A stretch of DNA of 63,543 nt, filler included, from Collodictyon triciliatum (taxonomy: Eukaryota): the NCBI GenBank assembly GCA_043381765.1. It is 8 parts of 8 records of this genome, joined end to end, with 100 filler letters (N's around TTAATTAATTAA, not from the genome) between each part and the next. Parts side by side here need not be neighbours in the genome. Positions count along the whole stretch, not along the records: positions 26,403 to 35,090 come from JBHJMP010003323.1; positions 35,191 to 43,872 come from JBHJMP010003324.1; 6 more parts are not named here. One strand, 5' to 3'. Made by a program: the position numbers and the translations under genes. Of the stretch, positions 26,488 to 41,160 are shown one piece after another; the stretch's first letter is position 1, and every line of letters starts with the position of its first letter. A model generated the notes under the pieces. That model searched no databases, was not told the DNA's origin, and saw only the letters and a program-made list of their open reading frames with translations.

Positions 26488-28377
26488 AGAAAACAAAAAA
26501 CAAAAAAAACAAAAAAAAATGTATGAGAACACAGAAAGAAAAGACAACGAAAAATGCAGGAGAATATGTGTGCCGTCTCGTGGTGTACCCTTGCCAGAAA
26601 AGTACCCCCCAGCGGACAGGGTATGAGATAATGAAGGGCATTGTTTGTTCGATTGGGAACCATCTGCCGCAATTGCCGCACTAACCAAGCCTCTTTCCAT
26701 CGAATAAAGGGAAAAAAAAACTAAGCCCCTTTCTTCGCGATCTGCTTGGTCGTGTCATTTACGCACTCTGTTTTGCCTCGCCTGCCCACCAAGAGAATAT
26801 TTTATTTCAAAAAAAAGTCCTTAAAATAAATGGAATTCCACATTTACATTAAACTTCGTTGCGTAATTTGAACAAAAGTCTTAATGGACGGTATTTAATG
26901 AATATTCAATGAAACATGACAAACGCTTCTGTTGTAACGGAAAGATGGATAGGGCAGCCAAACAGACAAGAAATGACACACGGCAGGGCAGATGTTGGAG
27001 GAGTTGTCTGACAGGCTTGGAGCAGCGAAGCCAAGCAACAATAAATTACTGCAAGTCCTTCTCGAAGGAGCAACGCAAAGATGCAAATGGCTCTCGCAAT
27101 GCTGTCTGATGCGTAGAAAAATTATGGTGAATCTCACACGCATTCTCTGCGGTTGTCCGCAACAGGTCGACCTGCATTGCCAATCAACAAACCAGCCTCG
27201 CGGCAAGGCAAACTGATTCATACTTCACTTACTGTTTTTTTTTTTTTTTTCTTCCTTTCAATTTTGTGCAGGATGGTGGAGATGTTGGCTTTGGTTCGCT
27301 AGCCATTGTTTGCATACTTCACTTACTGATATTGGACGGAACGAGGCGAGCACGATGGAGGAATAGCCAATTATGAAAAACTTACCCCTCGCCGGATTAA
27401 AAATCATGGTTTCCTTATCCTTATGAAATGATATTTTACGGAATAGAAAAAATAAAAGGCATGATGGTCGAATGCATTGACAGAGTGACAAAGAAAAGCT
27501 TCTGAAAAGATTATTTTTTTTTTATTCTTCCTTTCAATTTTGTGCAAGCTTCTGAAAAGATTTAAATAAAATGTAAAGGAATGTAAACGCGTTGAATCCG
27601 AAAAATAAGCGGAGCTGTCGAATGGAAGGTTTTTTGTCCGTCACTGTCTCAGGCGGTCAAACAAATCACTGTCAAAGCAGGATGACATGATAGGTACGGA
27701 TGCGTTCAAGTCATCAGTCGTACGGCCTTTTCAAGTTGCCGAAGTCATTCTTTGAATCGAATAAAGGGGAAAAAGAAAGTTGCCGAAATCATTATTTTAG
27801 AAGATTATTGCTTGAAGATACAAATTCGAAATTCTTTATTCATTTCAGGGCAAGTTTCTCTGTTGGCTGCCTACCTATTTTCACAAAGAAAATATATCGG
27901 CGACCGATTCATCAAGTAATCGCTTCGTATATTGCTAGTTTCAAATCAGTTCGTTGGTTTCAAATTCTATATCTTGATGTAAAAAAAAAAAAAACCACGC
28001 AGTGTAATTGTGGAAAATGGATTTAGGGCCTCATCGCGATGTGCGTGACCTCTTGGTTTAAGTTGGAAATTATTCGGGGTGTTTGATTCCTCATTTTATT
28101 CGATGGGCTCTCGATGCTCCGTGATTTCCGTGTATATTTGTTTCTTTTTTTCATTTCTTTTTTCTTTTTTCTTTTTTCTTTTTTCTTTTTTCTTTTTTCT
28201 TTTTTCNNNNNNNNNNTTTTCTTTTTTCTTTTTTCTTTTTTCTTTTTTCTTTTTTTTTTTTTCTTTTTTCTTCCCTATTACAAAATAGTCTTTGCATAGA
28301 GCGGGCAACTAGCGAACTTTTGAAGTATCTGCTGAGTTTATCTATGTTTGTTCTGCTTACGTCGGCAAGGGGCAAGG

Positions 28378-31002
28378 ATGAGCGAGGTCGACGGACATTT
28401 CCCTTACTCGAAGTTGTGTGAAGACGCATACGATCTGTACATCCCTCAAGAATGTCCCACCCTGCAGCAAAAACCGACACCGCTGCAGGTAATTTGAAAG
28501 GAAACTACCACTTTCATTTTTTTTAATTTGAGTTTGTATATACTTTGAACCGGCGGTGATGAAAAAAAAAAAAAGAAGCAGTAGGCTGTTATAAAGCGGA
28601 GGAAACTTTCTAAACCACTATCATATGAATATCTTCATATTCATAATGTAATATAGCCACATTCACAATGAAGCAAACATCTTAATTATGATTAATATAT
28701 TATGTACTAGTTCTATCGTGATTTTGTTTCTGCCAATCTTCCTGTTATTATTAAGGGAGGGTCAGCACACTGGCCTGCTTCAACAAAATGGTGATTAATA
28801 TCACTTTTGCTCCATAGGACTGCAATAATTTACTTAAAAAGCTAATTGTGATGCCTCGTAACTACATTTAAAATGCTAATGTCCAGGCATATTATTATCA
28901 AAACAAAACAAAACAAAAAAAAAACGCTAGGACCAACGGATACCTACGAAAAGTTGCTGGCGACCTGGATGTCACAATTGATGCCACACCTAACGGATAC
29001 GGAGACAGCGTGGTGGAAACCGATAAAGGTGCCATTTTTCTTGTCTAGAATATTTCTAGTTATTAGCCAGTACGAAATCTTCCTTGCACGGATTCATGAA
29101 GACGTGTAACTGCTCTTGAATAATACTCTGCATTCTAATTCGTCGCTTCCTCTTTTTTTTTTTTAGGCGGTGCAGTTTTTTTTATCTGTAACAAAATAAT
29201 GAATAAATAGGTATGCGCTTTGTAAAGCCCGAAGAACGCCAAATGAAATTCTACAAGTTTATCGATGAAATGGAGAAATATCGTGCCATCGTTGATGAAG
29301 AATCAGATGATGATATTGAGGAAGTTCTATATGCACAGCACCAAAATTCAAGCTTCAAGACTGAGTTTCAGCCTCTTTGGAATGATGTTGATGATGAAAT
29401 AGACTTTGCTAGCGAGGCTTTTGCATCCTCACCACAGGCTGTTAACTTTTGGTAGGTGTTTAATAGGTTTGATTGCAATTTCTTCAGCTGAAATACACCT
29501 TTTCCTCCATGTTTTCTTGTTTAATTAATTGCAGTTCTTTTTTATATATCCATGTATGTATACATATCTTATTCCCCTGTTTACTCTATTTCTCTATTTC
29601 TCTATTTCTCTATTTCTCTATTTCTCTATTTCTCTATTTCTCTATTTCTCTATTTCTCTATTTCTCTATTTCTCTATTTCTATATTTCTATATTTCTATA
29701 TTTCTATATTTCTATATTTCTCTATTTCTCTATTTCTCTATTTCTCTATCTTTATCTTTATCTTTATCTTTATCTTTATCTTTATCTTTATCTTTATCTT
29801 TATCTTTATCTTTATCTTTATCTTTATCTTTATCTTTATCTTTATCTCTGTCTATATCCTTTACTTAGATTCTAATTCTTATGGATTGACAGGATGGGGG
29901 ACGAGAGATCAGTTTCGTCGATGCACAAAGATCCATTTGAAAATCTTTATGGTGTGGTCCGTGGCGAAAAGACATTTGTGTTACTACCGCCCTTCTCTTT
30001 ATATTTTTTGGAGGAAAAAGTCGTAAAATCTGCCCGATTTAAAAAGGTTATCTGACTTGCGGTTTTTTTTTTGAATTTGTTGTACAATCTACATCTTAAA
30101 CTGTTGAGTTACATGATTATGTGTTAAAACATCAATGTTGCGTTTCAATTTACCCCAGGAAAACGGGGAGTGGACAATTGAAGACGACGAACCTGTAAAT
30201 TCTAATCAATTAAAAGTTTCACATAATAGCTCTGTTTTGTTTACTTTACGTGTACTTAATGTTAGAATAACGTTATTTTTTTTTGATTTCTTGCACATTA
30301 AGGGAAGAATAATAATCTCATCGGCCGCACTTAAAAAGTATTTCATTGATTTATATTCCTTTAGGACTCTTCCGTTCCCTGGATTACACTTGACCCTGAC
30401 CAACCTGGGCTTGATTCACATCCGAAATACAAGTATAACATTGAGGCAACCATGCGTGCAGTCTGACTATATAAAATATCATAATATACAAGTGTCAGTA
30501 AAAGATGAAGGAGACTGCTCTGAAAAAATGCAATATACAGGCATCTGAGACCTATATATGCCACTGTTTGTGCTGGCGACCTACTTTATCTCCCGTCTCT
30601 ATGGTATCACAAAGTCTCACAATCAGCAGATACCATCGCTGTTAATTACTGGTGAGGGATATTTCTTGATAACCTGCTCATTCAAGAACAATATCTAATC
30701 ATGTCAGAATTATTTATCTCTCCTCCGATAAGAATAGAAAAGAAGAAAATAATAATAAAAAAAACCAGTTAGATTATTTAAACTTCATTCCACGTACCAG
30801 GTATGACATGCGCTATGGGATGGACTTTTGCTACTACTCTTTCATCCGAAACCTTATCTCTCGCAAGGAGGAGGAAGAGAACAAACTGAAACAACCACAG
30901 CAATCAAGCGGCTCTCTGAAGCTGATACAGCTGCAAGCCCTCCAGTATCTGTCCGACCGCCTCTCAGCAACGGAATCCGCCGCAGATAACCCGCCTAAAT
31001 AA
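28378..31002 (+). CDS. JMJD7: JmjC-domain hydroxylase JMJD7, 9 exons, complete
   Basis: [58 protein letters not shown] (HxD), [20 protein letters not shown]; stop TAA at 31000-31002. Confidence 0.93.
29585..29850. repeat. Compound (CTATTTCT)n + (TTTATC)n array
   Basis: JMJD7 intron. Confidence 0.94.
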
Positions 31003-31242
31003 TCTGGCAAGCCTTTTTGATATAACGCGGACTGATGGAGGCGCGTGCCCATAAACATGGAGCTTATTCTCACCAGTCTGCGCTAATCCAAGGGAGGGAT
31101 AAAAGCACCTCATATGATTTCGCTTGATACCTTGGCTTCGACATCCTTTTCATCCTTTTCCGCTATTTTATTATTATTTTATTATTATTTTATTATTATT
31201 TTATTATTATTTTATTATTATTTTATTATTATTTTATTATTA

Positions 31243-31300
<58 letters not shown>

Positions 31301-31582
31301 TTTTTGTATGTGTATATACACGTAAATATTCGTCCACATTTTCAAAAATAACCCTGACCAAACCAAACGTCCTAACAGAACCGCCAAAACATCCGACATG
31401 AAAGAAGAAAAGAGGATGGAAACAAAACAAAACAAAGCAAAACAAAGCAAAACAAAAGGAAAAGAAAAGAAACGAAAACCCCGGGACTATTATGATGCCA
31501 TTCAAAAACAACGGCAAGAGCGGTAGATCTTCCACCCTCCCAGCCTCACAATCGGCCTGATCTCTGCACTCGCACGCAGGTC

Positions 31583-32243
31583 ATGAGCCAGCCCACCAAA
31601 AAGAGCACACACCCAGAGGCGGCAGCCTACGGAGTCAGCAGTGATGAGTTTGAGAGTGACGAGGAGGCAGAAACCCAGACTAAAGCGCTGCCCACCGCAA
31701 AAGCAGTCGGCTTCAACCAGAAGGTGGCGCAGTCAGAAGACCCTGGCGATGAAGACGATGACGACGACAATGACGATGACGACGACGACGACAGAGAAGA
31801 AGTAGACGAAAGTGCCGAGGACGATAAAGACACCGAGGCAGAAGAGATCAAGGCCGGCAACCACAGCAGGAAAAGCCAAGAAACAAAGAGCCAAAGCTCC
31901 GGCGCACTTTCGTCCGGAGCAACAAAGCCTACGGTGCCCTTCAACACCCCTGCAAAACCAGCAGCCCACCCCCGAGCAGATCGCGACTCCGAGGCCGGGT
32001 TGAAGAGTGCCGCTCGTCGCACAAGCACAGGGGCCGATGCGTGGGTTGAGCCAGCGCAAAGATCAACCCCATCTGCTCCGAGAGTTCCCCCGATGCGCCC
32101 ATGGGAAAGCCCTCGTGACAATCGCCCGGCAGATGTGGCATTTAGCAGCGCCAAGAAGGCTCCGTATCCAAGTCGGCCCGAAACTGCGATGGATTCACCT
32201 GGGCGTGTGTACGAGCGACCGGGTAGGAGGCTATCATAATTGC

Positions 32244-32339
<96 letters not shown>

Positions 32340-34953
32340 GTTGTTGTTGTTATTCTTATTGGTCACCTTTTTTTTTCCATCAAAATGATTATGATAAAAA
32401 TATAGTTTACTGTGCATCTGATACATGTAGCATGACTTTGTGATCATCTTTGTCGTTCATTTTCCTCCCACACAGATTCTGCCTCACGCAATATTCGGTC
32501 TGCACGAGGTAATCGTGGTAGATCTGAAATTGGTGATGATGAACTACTTAAACTTCGTGACGAAAATCTGGCGCTTAAGAAGCAAAGAAACGAGATGGAT
32601 GAACAAATGAAAAAGTATGTTATCGGCTAGGGCGTTTATGCTGGAATCATAATATTTGTTATACGTACACTAATCATGGTTAATTCCTTCATTTCATTTT
32701 CCCTTGTACTCAGGCAAATCCCATATATATCTTAAATCATCTAAATTACATCAGATTGGCGACAAAATTTGAAAAAATTACTCATGATATGCGAAAGAAA
32801 GAAGATGGAACACAAGGCAGTAGGCGCAAAGAATATATGAGTGATGATTATATCTTTGAATTACAACAACAAATTCACCAACTCCAAAGCCAAAACGAAA
32901 AGCTGCAAAACAAAGTAGGCGAATAATAATGTGGACTACAATATCATACCAACAAATTAAGCGCGAATAGAAATATATGTATGGAATCTACCTCAACCTC
33001 AATCATCTTTTACATGCTGTTTTAAACGTGCAATCACCCATGCACTAGGCCACCTATTTTAAGACACTAGTGACAACAAATCCAAAACAAGCGAAACCAA
33101 AAAAGAAGCCACAACAATTCGACCATGTCATATCCCGTGTTGATTCAGTAAAGCTTATTTGAAGCACTTTAGATATTAAAGCCTCTGATTATCAATATAA
33201 CCATAATAGTAATAGTAATATACATTTATGTCCCACATCTTATTGTAAATAGTTTTCCGATTAACTTGATTTAGACATCAATATTATTTTCTTTCGAATA
33301 GTCTCTGATCAAAGTCTATCCACTTAAAGGCGCATATCGATTTTTCTTTGAAATTACGCATAGGGTGTCCAGAAGCGCGTATCTCCCCTTCCTCTCCACG
33401 CAGCAAAACAACCCCCTCCTCCGATTCCTGGTTTTCAGCAACATTTGGGTCGATCTAAATCTCCGCCCAAAGGTGTAGAGACCCCATCGTAAGAATAGCT
33501 ATATGGTCAAAAGTAAACAGATTTGTCTGTGCAAGTAGAAAACGAACATATGATATCTGTGGTTCTACTTACGTGATCATCTAGGAATGTCATCGTACCC
33601 TCCTACGCTCAGCTCAACTCTGATTTGGAGGATATTCTTACACATGATGCTAGGATGACTTTTGCAAAGTAGTATATGTCTAAAAAAAAAATATTATGGA
33701 ATAGCTGTTTAAGTTACCAGCCAATTATTTTAAATTCATCGAGCTCATGCAATATGTATTGGTATCCGAACATATTTAACCGAACTCTAAACTTTTTTTT
33801 TTCAATTTTTCGATTTTACTTTAGAATGGACGCAAATCCAGTATCTTTTCAGCCCAGTGTAGAAGATGCCAGAAAGATGCAAAATGTTGTATTTTTACTT
33901 CATAACAAGTTGTTGGACGCCGAGAGACAAATTCAGCACCTAGAAGACCTTACTCAAGGTGAATATATGTTCATGATTTTTGTTTTGCAGAATTCAGACT
34001 CATGTTAGTAATAGGAATTGATCGACCTACAAACGAGCTCAAAGCCAATATTCAAGAATTGAAGGAAATCATTCGCCAAAGGGATGCCAAAATATACGAA
34101 TTAGAAAAAAGGAATGGAGAATTAGCGGTAATTATGATTGCGAGTAGAAAATAGTAGAGAATATGATTTTGAGTGACATTATCCATTTTTTATTTATTTG
34201 TTTGTTTGTTTGTTTGTTTGTTTGTTTGTTTGTTTGTTTGTTTGTTTGTTTGTTTGTTTGTTTGTTTATGTGCTCCTTTCACTTTTCTTTTATATTACAT
34301 ACTATATATCATATTCGTTGTTAATTTGCAAGGAAATAAAAAAATTGCCTGGATGATCTGTTGGTAGTTAGTTTTTCCTTTCTTTATAAAGATAAATATA
34401 ACTAAAATATAAACAAAATCGTAATGTAAAAGAGGAGCCTTGAAAGTGTGAAAGGAGAAACAGACGAAATAGAAAAAATTCATCAGGTCTCTTACCCCAC
34501 TTTCTATTGTGTTCGCAGTCATACACATACCATCATACAACTTTGTAAGCGAACAAAATAACGTATTTCTGATATAATAATGAGAAATTAATATCAATCC
34601 ATGATACAAAGAATTACCAACTTCGGATTCAAAGCTTGGAACAAGAGTTGCAAGCTAAAAAAGCAGAGCTAATTGTCTCAGAGTCCAAAGAAAGTAAGAT
34701 TTATTCAACCATATTATCCACGGTAGTATCTTCAATTGAACAGAAGGTTTGGTTAGGGCATGAGAATTGTAAAAGTAACAATTTATATCGGTGCCGCGCT
34801 GTAGATCTCGATCGCGAGAATGATCGACTAGTGAAAGAGTTAAGAAGTGAAATTGTAACCCTAAGGGATGAGAAAAGGAAATTGGAATCGTCCCGTATAG
34901 TTCCAGAGACAGGATGGGAGTCCAGGATGGAAGAGCAATTTAAGAAAATTGAT
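31583..34953 (+). CDS. RPGRIP1L: RPGRIP1L/fantom-like ciliary transition-zone protein, N-terminal coiled-coil part (3' truncated)
   Basis: LLKLRDENLALKKQ...QMKKLATKF...ELQQQIHQLQSQNEKLQNK...FDHVISRVDSG matches the recalled RPGRIP1L N-terminus (RLHDENILLK...KRMATKL...LQEKVHELEKQNETLKNR...VQSRINTG). C2 domains are not reached. Confidence 0.75.
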
Positions 34954-35090
34954 GTAAAATTCGCCAAAAGCATTACTTTCTGATATAATATTATAGGTCT
35001 TGTTTATAATGGGTTTCGATCTACTGAGATGAAAAATGTCTTGCGAGTTCAACTCTTTTTTTTTTTTTTTTTTTTTTTTGCAATAAAAAA

Positions 35091-35190
35091 NNNNNNNNNN
35101 NNNNNNNNNNNNNNNNNNNNNNNNNNNNNNNNNNTTAATTAATTAANNNNNNNNNNNNNNNNNNNNNNNNNNNNNNNNNNNNNNNNNNNN
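35091..35190. other. Artificial contig spacer
   Basis: N44-TTAATTAATTAA-N44. Confidence 0.99.
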
Positions 35191-35330
35191 AATAAAAAAA
35201 GACAATAAAAAAAGACAATAAAAAAAGACAATAAAAAAAGACAATAAAAAAAGACAATAAAAAAAGACAATAAAAAAAGACAATAAAAAAAGACAATAAA
35301 AAAAGACAATAAAAAAAAGACAATAAAAAA
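35191..35330. repeat. 13-nt tandem repeat (AATAAAAAAAGAC)n
   Basis: Directly visible at contig start. Confidence 0.93.
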
Positions 35331-35881
35331 TTAGAGCTGAAAATGATCCATATACAGGAAAGAAGAAAGGAAAGAAAAACAGGTATTTCAAAAAGCTACC
35401 CTATTATACTCAAAACTATCGATTTACTCTAGAGAGCGTCTAGAGTGACTCAATCGATATTGTTTTTCACTTGAAACAAGTCCTTTGCAACCTCACAAAC
35501 AACCAAACTCTAATTTTGCGAGAGCTGAAACAATTTCACCATAAAGGTGGGTTAAAGTTTAAATATTTTCCCCCCAAAACAAAACGGCAAAACCTCTTTC
35601 AAAACTCCTTAAAGAAACTCATTCATATTTTCCTATGACTTCTTTTTCAAAAAAATAATCCAAAATCATAGATGTTTCAAGTTTACGACTCCCCTTCGAT
35701 TTCTTTCCACCCAATTCTGTCTTATATAATTTTCTCCCTTTATTCTTGTTCTTTATTTTCAATATTTCTAATCAATAAGATTCATATATAAATCACATTT
35801 AAACATCAATCATATATATATATATATACAACTGGATAAAATCGGTTCAAATGGTTAGCTAATCAGCAGACAAACAGTAGG

Positions 35882-38800
35882 ATGGACAGAGAGCTATCTC
35901 AAGCAGTAGAAATTTTGAAAGGTCTGGCATAAATTACTGTAAAGCATGTGATGGCGTTTCGTTATCATATCAACATGAATTCAACGCATTTAGTGACTTT
36001 ATATTTTCGGTTAATGCTTTAGATATTTTAAAACGAGGGCATATAAATATTTTGCCACTCGCTCTATTCAACTACTTTTCAATTTTCTGAAGTGAAAATC
36101 ATAGTCAAGCGAACGTATTAGAAAGAGGATACTATATTGTTCCATTACCTACTACTGGTTCATTACCAGTCATGGGATTGATAAAAATTGACTACCTTCA
36201 AATATTTTGACACACATTTTAAATATACGTTTGATAAATAATATTTGGGTATTAAAATTTTTCTAGAAAAATTCTCCTTCGTTTCTCTCCGAACAATACC
36301 CAGGGATACAGAAAAGGCGACGTTCTTTTGCATCGACAACGAATTGATATATCTTCATTTCTTTAATGATTTTGGACCATTAAATATGGGCCAACTCTAT
36401 CGATTTTGTGACATTCTGAAGAGAAAATTATCCGTATGTATTTTTACATATATTTTAATTGATTCAATTTTAAAATTTTATAGTAATGATTTCTATCTGC
36501 CAATCTCGTTATTTTTCCAAGTTCATCAACATATTGATTTGAAAGCGTTTGCTTATTAACTACCTACAGGAAGCAAGGAATCGACACGTATACTTATATT
36601 CGAGCTTTGATGGACACAAGAGGGCCAATTGTGCATTCTTGATTGGAGGATTTCTGGTGATTAGACCCTTCTTTTAGGCTTATTTTTCTTTTATTCGATT
36701 CAAAGTTCTTTTAGGCTTATTGATTCATGAAAAGTATTGCAAAAAATAAGATAAAATATCTTTCGATATATTCAGCCAAGATTCTAATTGCATGTGTATG
36801 ACGGTTGGATATCCTTCTCAATCAGGTAATGGCCATGGAATACACTCCGGAAGAAGCCTTCTCTCCATTTTCGCACATACGACCGCAGTTCACGTCATTT
36901 AGAGATGCATCTTATGGAGCTTCTACTTTTCCGTTGACTCTGATTGAGTGCTATAAAGGATTATGGAAAGGGAAGCAAAATAAATGGGTCGATTTTGGGT
37001 CTTTCAATCTATCCGAGTAGGTGTTTTGTTTGCTAAAAAAGTGAATTTAACGATAACATGATGGTGTTTTAATCTTAGGCCATCCTCATGTCTAAAAATC
37101 ATTTTTGTGCGTAATCAGACCGTGAAAGATATTGTAATTGCTGCCATAAAATACTTTTGAGCTCACCTTTGTCAAAAGAATGACCTACTCTTCAAATTGA
37201 TAACAGATATGAGCATTATGAAAAGGTCGAAAATGGCGATATGAACTGGATTATACCTGGTAAATTTCTTGCTTTCAGTGGGCCCGTATCATCATCAACA
37301 GAAATGAATGGAATTCGAACACTAACGCCAGGTCTGCCTTTAAGCATCACAACTTTATTCATTTTTTATACCAAAAACGTTGTTTATCTCCTTTTATGTC
37401 GAACCAAAGCCAACATCCCCACCACCTCGCACAAAAATGAAAGGAAGAATAAAAAAAAATTATCCGTTTCATATGTCTAAATGCCTAGCCACTTATGGGT
37501 GAATACCTTTATTACTTATGCGACATAGATTTTTATGTACCGATTTTCCGAAAGCTGGGGATTACGACAGTTATTCGCCTAAACAAAAAATGCTATGATA
37601 GGAAGCGGTTTCTTGATGCAGGTTTCCTCTTTGAAAGTGATAATGATACCTGGATATTCACTCCTTTATTTTATAACCAATATACTTTTTTCCCCTACAA
37701 AGTGAGAAGTAATAAAGAACAAATATATCTTCCTATCGCGTTAAAAAAAGGAATTAAACATCATGAATTGTACTTTCCTGACGGAAGCTGCCCAAGTGAA
37801 ATGATTCTCCGAAAGTTTCTGGAAATAGCCGAAAGTGAACCAGGTTTGCATCATCCGTAAACCGCCACAAATGCACGCAATTGTTATTTGATTATGTTAA
37901 AAATATATTTTTACGACCCATTTGCTGAATGTACTTCCTTATTCTTTCTTGATAATCTATACCTTATCTAGGAGCCATCGCTGTTCATTGTAAGGCAGGA
38001 CTTGGACGAACAGGAACACTTATAGGATGCTATATAATGAAATATTATAAGATGACAGCTACAGTACTTCTTTTTTATTTTATTTTAAGTGTTGCTTATG
38101 TACATTAACGGGCATGTTTCAATAATGTATACTTTATGTTCATTTTATCAAATGGTTTTTTTCACCACAATGCCATAGGAAACCATAGGGTGGATTCGGG
38201 TTTGTCGTCCTGGAAGTATCATAGGACCCCAACAACACTACCTTCAGGAGTAATTCTTTCTTACGAAAATTTAATACCATTTGTGCAATATATACTTCAA
38301 ATGAGTAACCAAGTTTTATTCTTATTGAAGGATGCAACAAAGCTTATGGAAACAAGGTTTGTTGCGTAGCGATAGCAGAGATTTATCTTTTGGCATAGAA
38401 AGATGCTTGAATGAAGGGAACATAGATAAAGTGGTCCACAAAAACTTCATCTTGTAAAAATAAATGACATTCTTTTCAGAATATTTATTGGGTTAACACT
38501 ATCCTGCAGGGGATTTAATGCAAAGAATGGCTGGGTCAACAATCTCGACATCGTCTGGATCCCTTTCTGCGACACAAAGCAGTAATTCTACTCTAAGTGG
38601 AACGGATTCCGAAGCAGAAGTGCGAGGACTTCGAAGGGGACTGCAGGTCGTATGATTTGTTGATCATTTTTTTTTTTTTTTTGTAAATATGAAGTAATGT
38701 TGGCGAATGGCAATAATGAACGAAAATTCTACTTGACTTATTTTCTTTTTGGGGTGTATTACATATAGCCAACATTACTTTGAATTGAATAAAGGAAAAA

Positions 38801-40445
38801 AATACAGTCAACCTTAGCCAGTATATGTGGTTCATCTCATACCCTTTTTGACAGAAAATACCTTCCCTGTAGAAACTCTCAATCGAACCGAAGACCCCGG
38901 TCCATTCCACAGGACCCAAGGTACATTCGGGCCATATTTTGAAAAATGGCTAAATACATAAAACCTTCTGTTTTTATACACCATGAGAACAATATAAATA
39001 AAACTTGTATTACATCTCACAAAAAAGTTTGATAATGGTTTGATAATCTCATATTACATCGTACATAGTCTAGGCCTGTTGTCTCCATACCCAAATATAG
39101 TGGCTCAGCTCCAGTTACGCCAGGTACCCTTAACTTTACCACCGCTGGTCTGATGTTTGAATAACTACATAGGCTAACAGAATCATATGACACGTTCCAA
39201 AACTTATGCTGTTTTGCTGTAAAGATACACAATCAGCCGTCCCATTCATCAAGCCTCCTGCAAGGTAACTACCACTCCTTACTTTTCGAATGATACGGAT
39301 TAATTAATAACCTTCCAATACAATTTTTTTTGGAGCTGCCTAAATTCAAATAAACTTCCCAAAAAAATAAAAAAATAGTGCAGCAGTTAATGCTCGTGGA
39401 TATGGGTAATAGTTTAATTTCAGATGAGGAAGTTACAAAAAACATACAAAAAACATACAAAAAACATACAAAAAACATACAAAAAACATACAAAAAACAT
39501 ACAAAAAACATACAAAAAACATACAAAAAACATACAAAAAAACAATGTAATAGGATGTCTACTGACCGACGAATCTTGTATCTAATATTGAATCCGATTT
39601 TTAGAGGGCCCTCGATAGCGTCTTCCTTGGTCAGCACATACGGGTAAGTGCCCCAAACGGGAGCCACAATGTCCATTTCCTTTGTATTGTGTCTGTATAA
39701 TAATGAACACTTCAACTTCCATTCACCATTACAGTGCTTCATACGGTTCAAAGAGTCCAAACACACATTCAAGCGCAAATGGAAGCAGGGCAGTGAAAGG
39801 GCGAAGCAGGTAATTTATGAGTGCGGCCCAGAAACTTTTATATGCACGCATGTCACTACGGCCAATTTTTTTCTCTTTGGTGATAATGATATGATGGAAC
39901 GCTAAATTATGCAATTTATTATACTTTCAACATAGGAGCGCAGTTGTCGGGCGCCCGAAGCCTAATTACGCGTTTAATTAGACACAACCAAAGTTTTGGC
40001 TGGCATTATATTTCAGCTGATCTACTTTGAGGTTTCTTTTACAAGATTGCCACAACAAGGAAGCAGTGGAGATGCTGGCGCAACCAGTGACTTCATATGG
40101 ATGTCTATTATCATTTATTATTATCATTTTTTTTTTTTTACAGAAAATCCTTTGGTACTCAATGTCAAAATTAAGGTCGCCAAAAAGATAGGCTTCTGTT
40201 GTCTTTCGTTGCGGAATACCACGAACTTATTCTTTATCTTACACTCCCTCTAATTAATGGAGCGTGATACTCTTTTTTTCTACCTTCCTTCTTTTTTTTA
40301 TACAACGAAATGCCTGATTCTGTTGGTATACGTAAGTCATGGTCGCATGTGTTTGATGTATCGTCAGGTCAATAACCGATTTACAAGCTCTCCCTATACA
40401 ACTTCTCCCCCGCCTCTACCCGCAGTCTCTGCTTCCGAACCATAA
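35882..40445 (+). CDS. CDC14: CDC14 dual-specificity phosphatase, multi-exon; low-complexity tail exons and stop tentative
   Basis: [56 protein letters not shown], catalytic [25 protein letters not shown]. Confidence 0.96.
39435..39542. repeat. 11-nt tandem repeat (AAAAAACATAC)n
   Basis: CDC14 intron. Confidence 0.94.
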
Positions 40446-41160
40446 AAAGTCGCTTCCAAAGTTTCTGTTTTTATTCCTTGAATGCTCAACCAAGACTGCC
40501 ACATACCAATTCTGGAAAAATTATTACTACGGAGAATATATAACGGAATATATAGTACCATATCGAATTCAGTTGGAAAATCCTGCTTGTGCCCATTTGT
40601 GGATTCTGCAATGGAAATCCGTTTTATTCAAATATTCAAACATGCCTTTTATTTTCAACCCTATTTAACATCTTGATTATGTACAACTTAAGTGTTTATG
40701 TTTCACAATAATCTGTTAATGCGAGTCATCACACGCGCAGTGCCATTGGAAGAAACCCAAAGTCGACTGAAAGCTGTGAGAAGTGAAAGAAGATGCAGCT
40801 ATGAACAGTTTGTATATAGCATTCTCATTATTACAGCCAATACAACTGCTGCGTTGCCTTAAATGTCGCGCAAAGGGAGGGAGAGAGAAATAGTGAAAAA
40901 AAAAGAAAAAAAAAGAAAAAAAAGAAAAAAAGAAAAAAAGAAAAAAAAAGAAAAAAAAGAAAAAAAGAAAAAAAGAAAAAGAAAAAGAAAAAGAAAAAAA
41001 GAAAAAGAAAAAAGAAAAAGAAAAAGAAAAAGGAATAAGAACAAAAAAGAAAAAAAGAGGAGTGGTAAAAGTGAAGATATGCGAAGCTTTCCATAATCGC
41101 CTGCATGATGCTCCCTCAGCGAGCCGTCTTCAACACAAGCCTCGCAAACACGTCACCACC

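Noticed and set aside
29854..29870. ATATCCTTT U12-type signal in a JMJD7 intron
   Set aside because: Homology fixes a GTAGGT...ACAG U2-type intron; the match sits at the decayed end of a (TTTATC)n repeat.
39936..39990. Palindrome TCGGGCGCCCGA and adjacent hairpin as an intronic ncRNA
   Set aside because: Better explained as a phase-compatible CDC14 micro-exon ([12 protein letters not shown]) with AG/GT borders.
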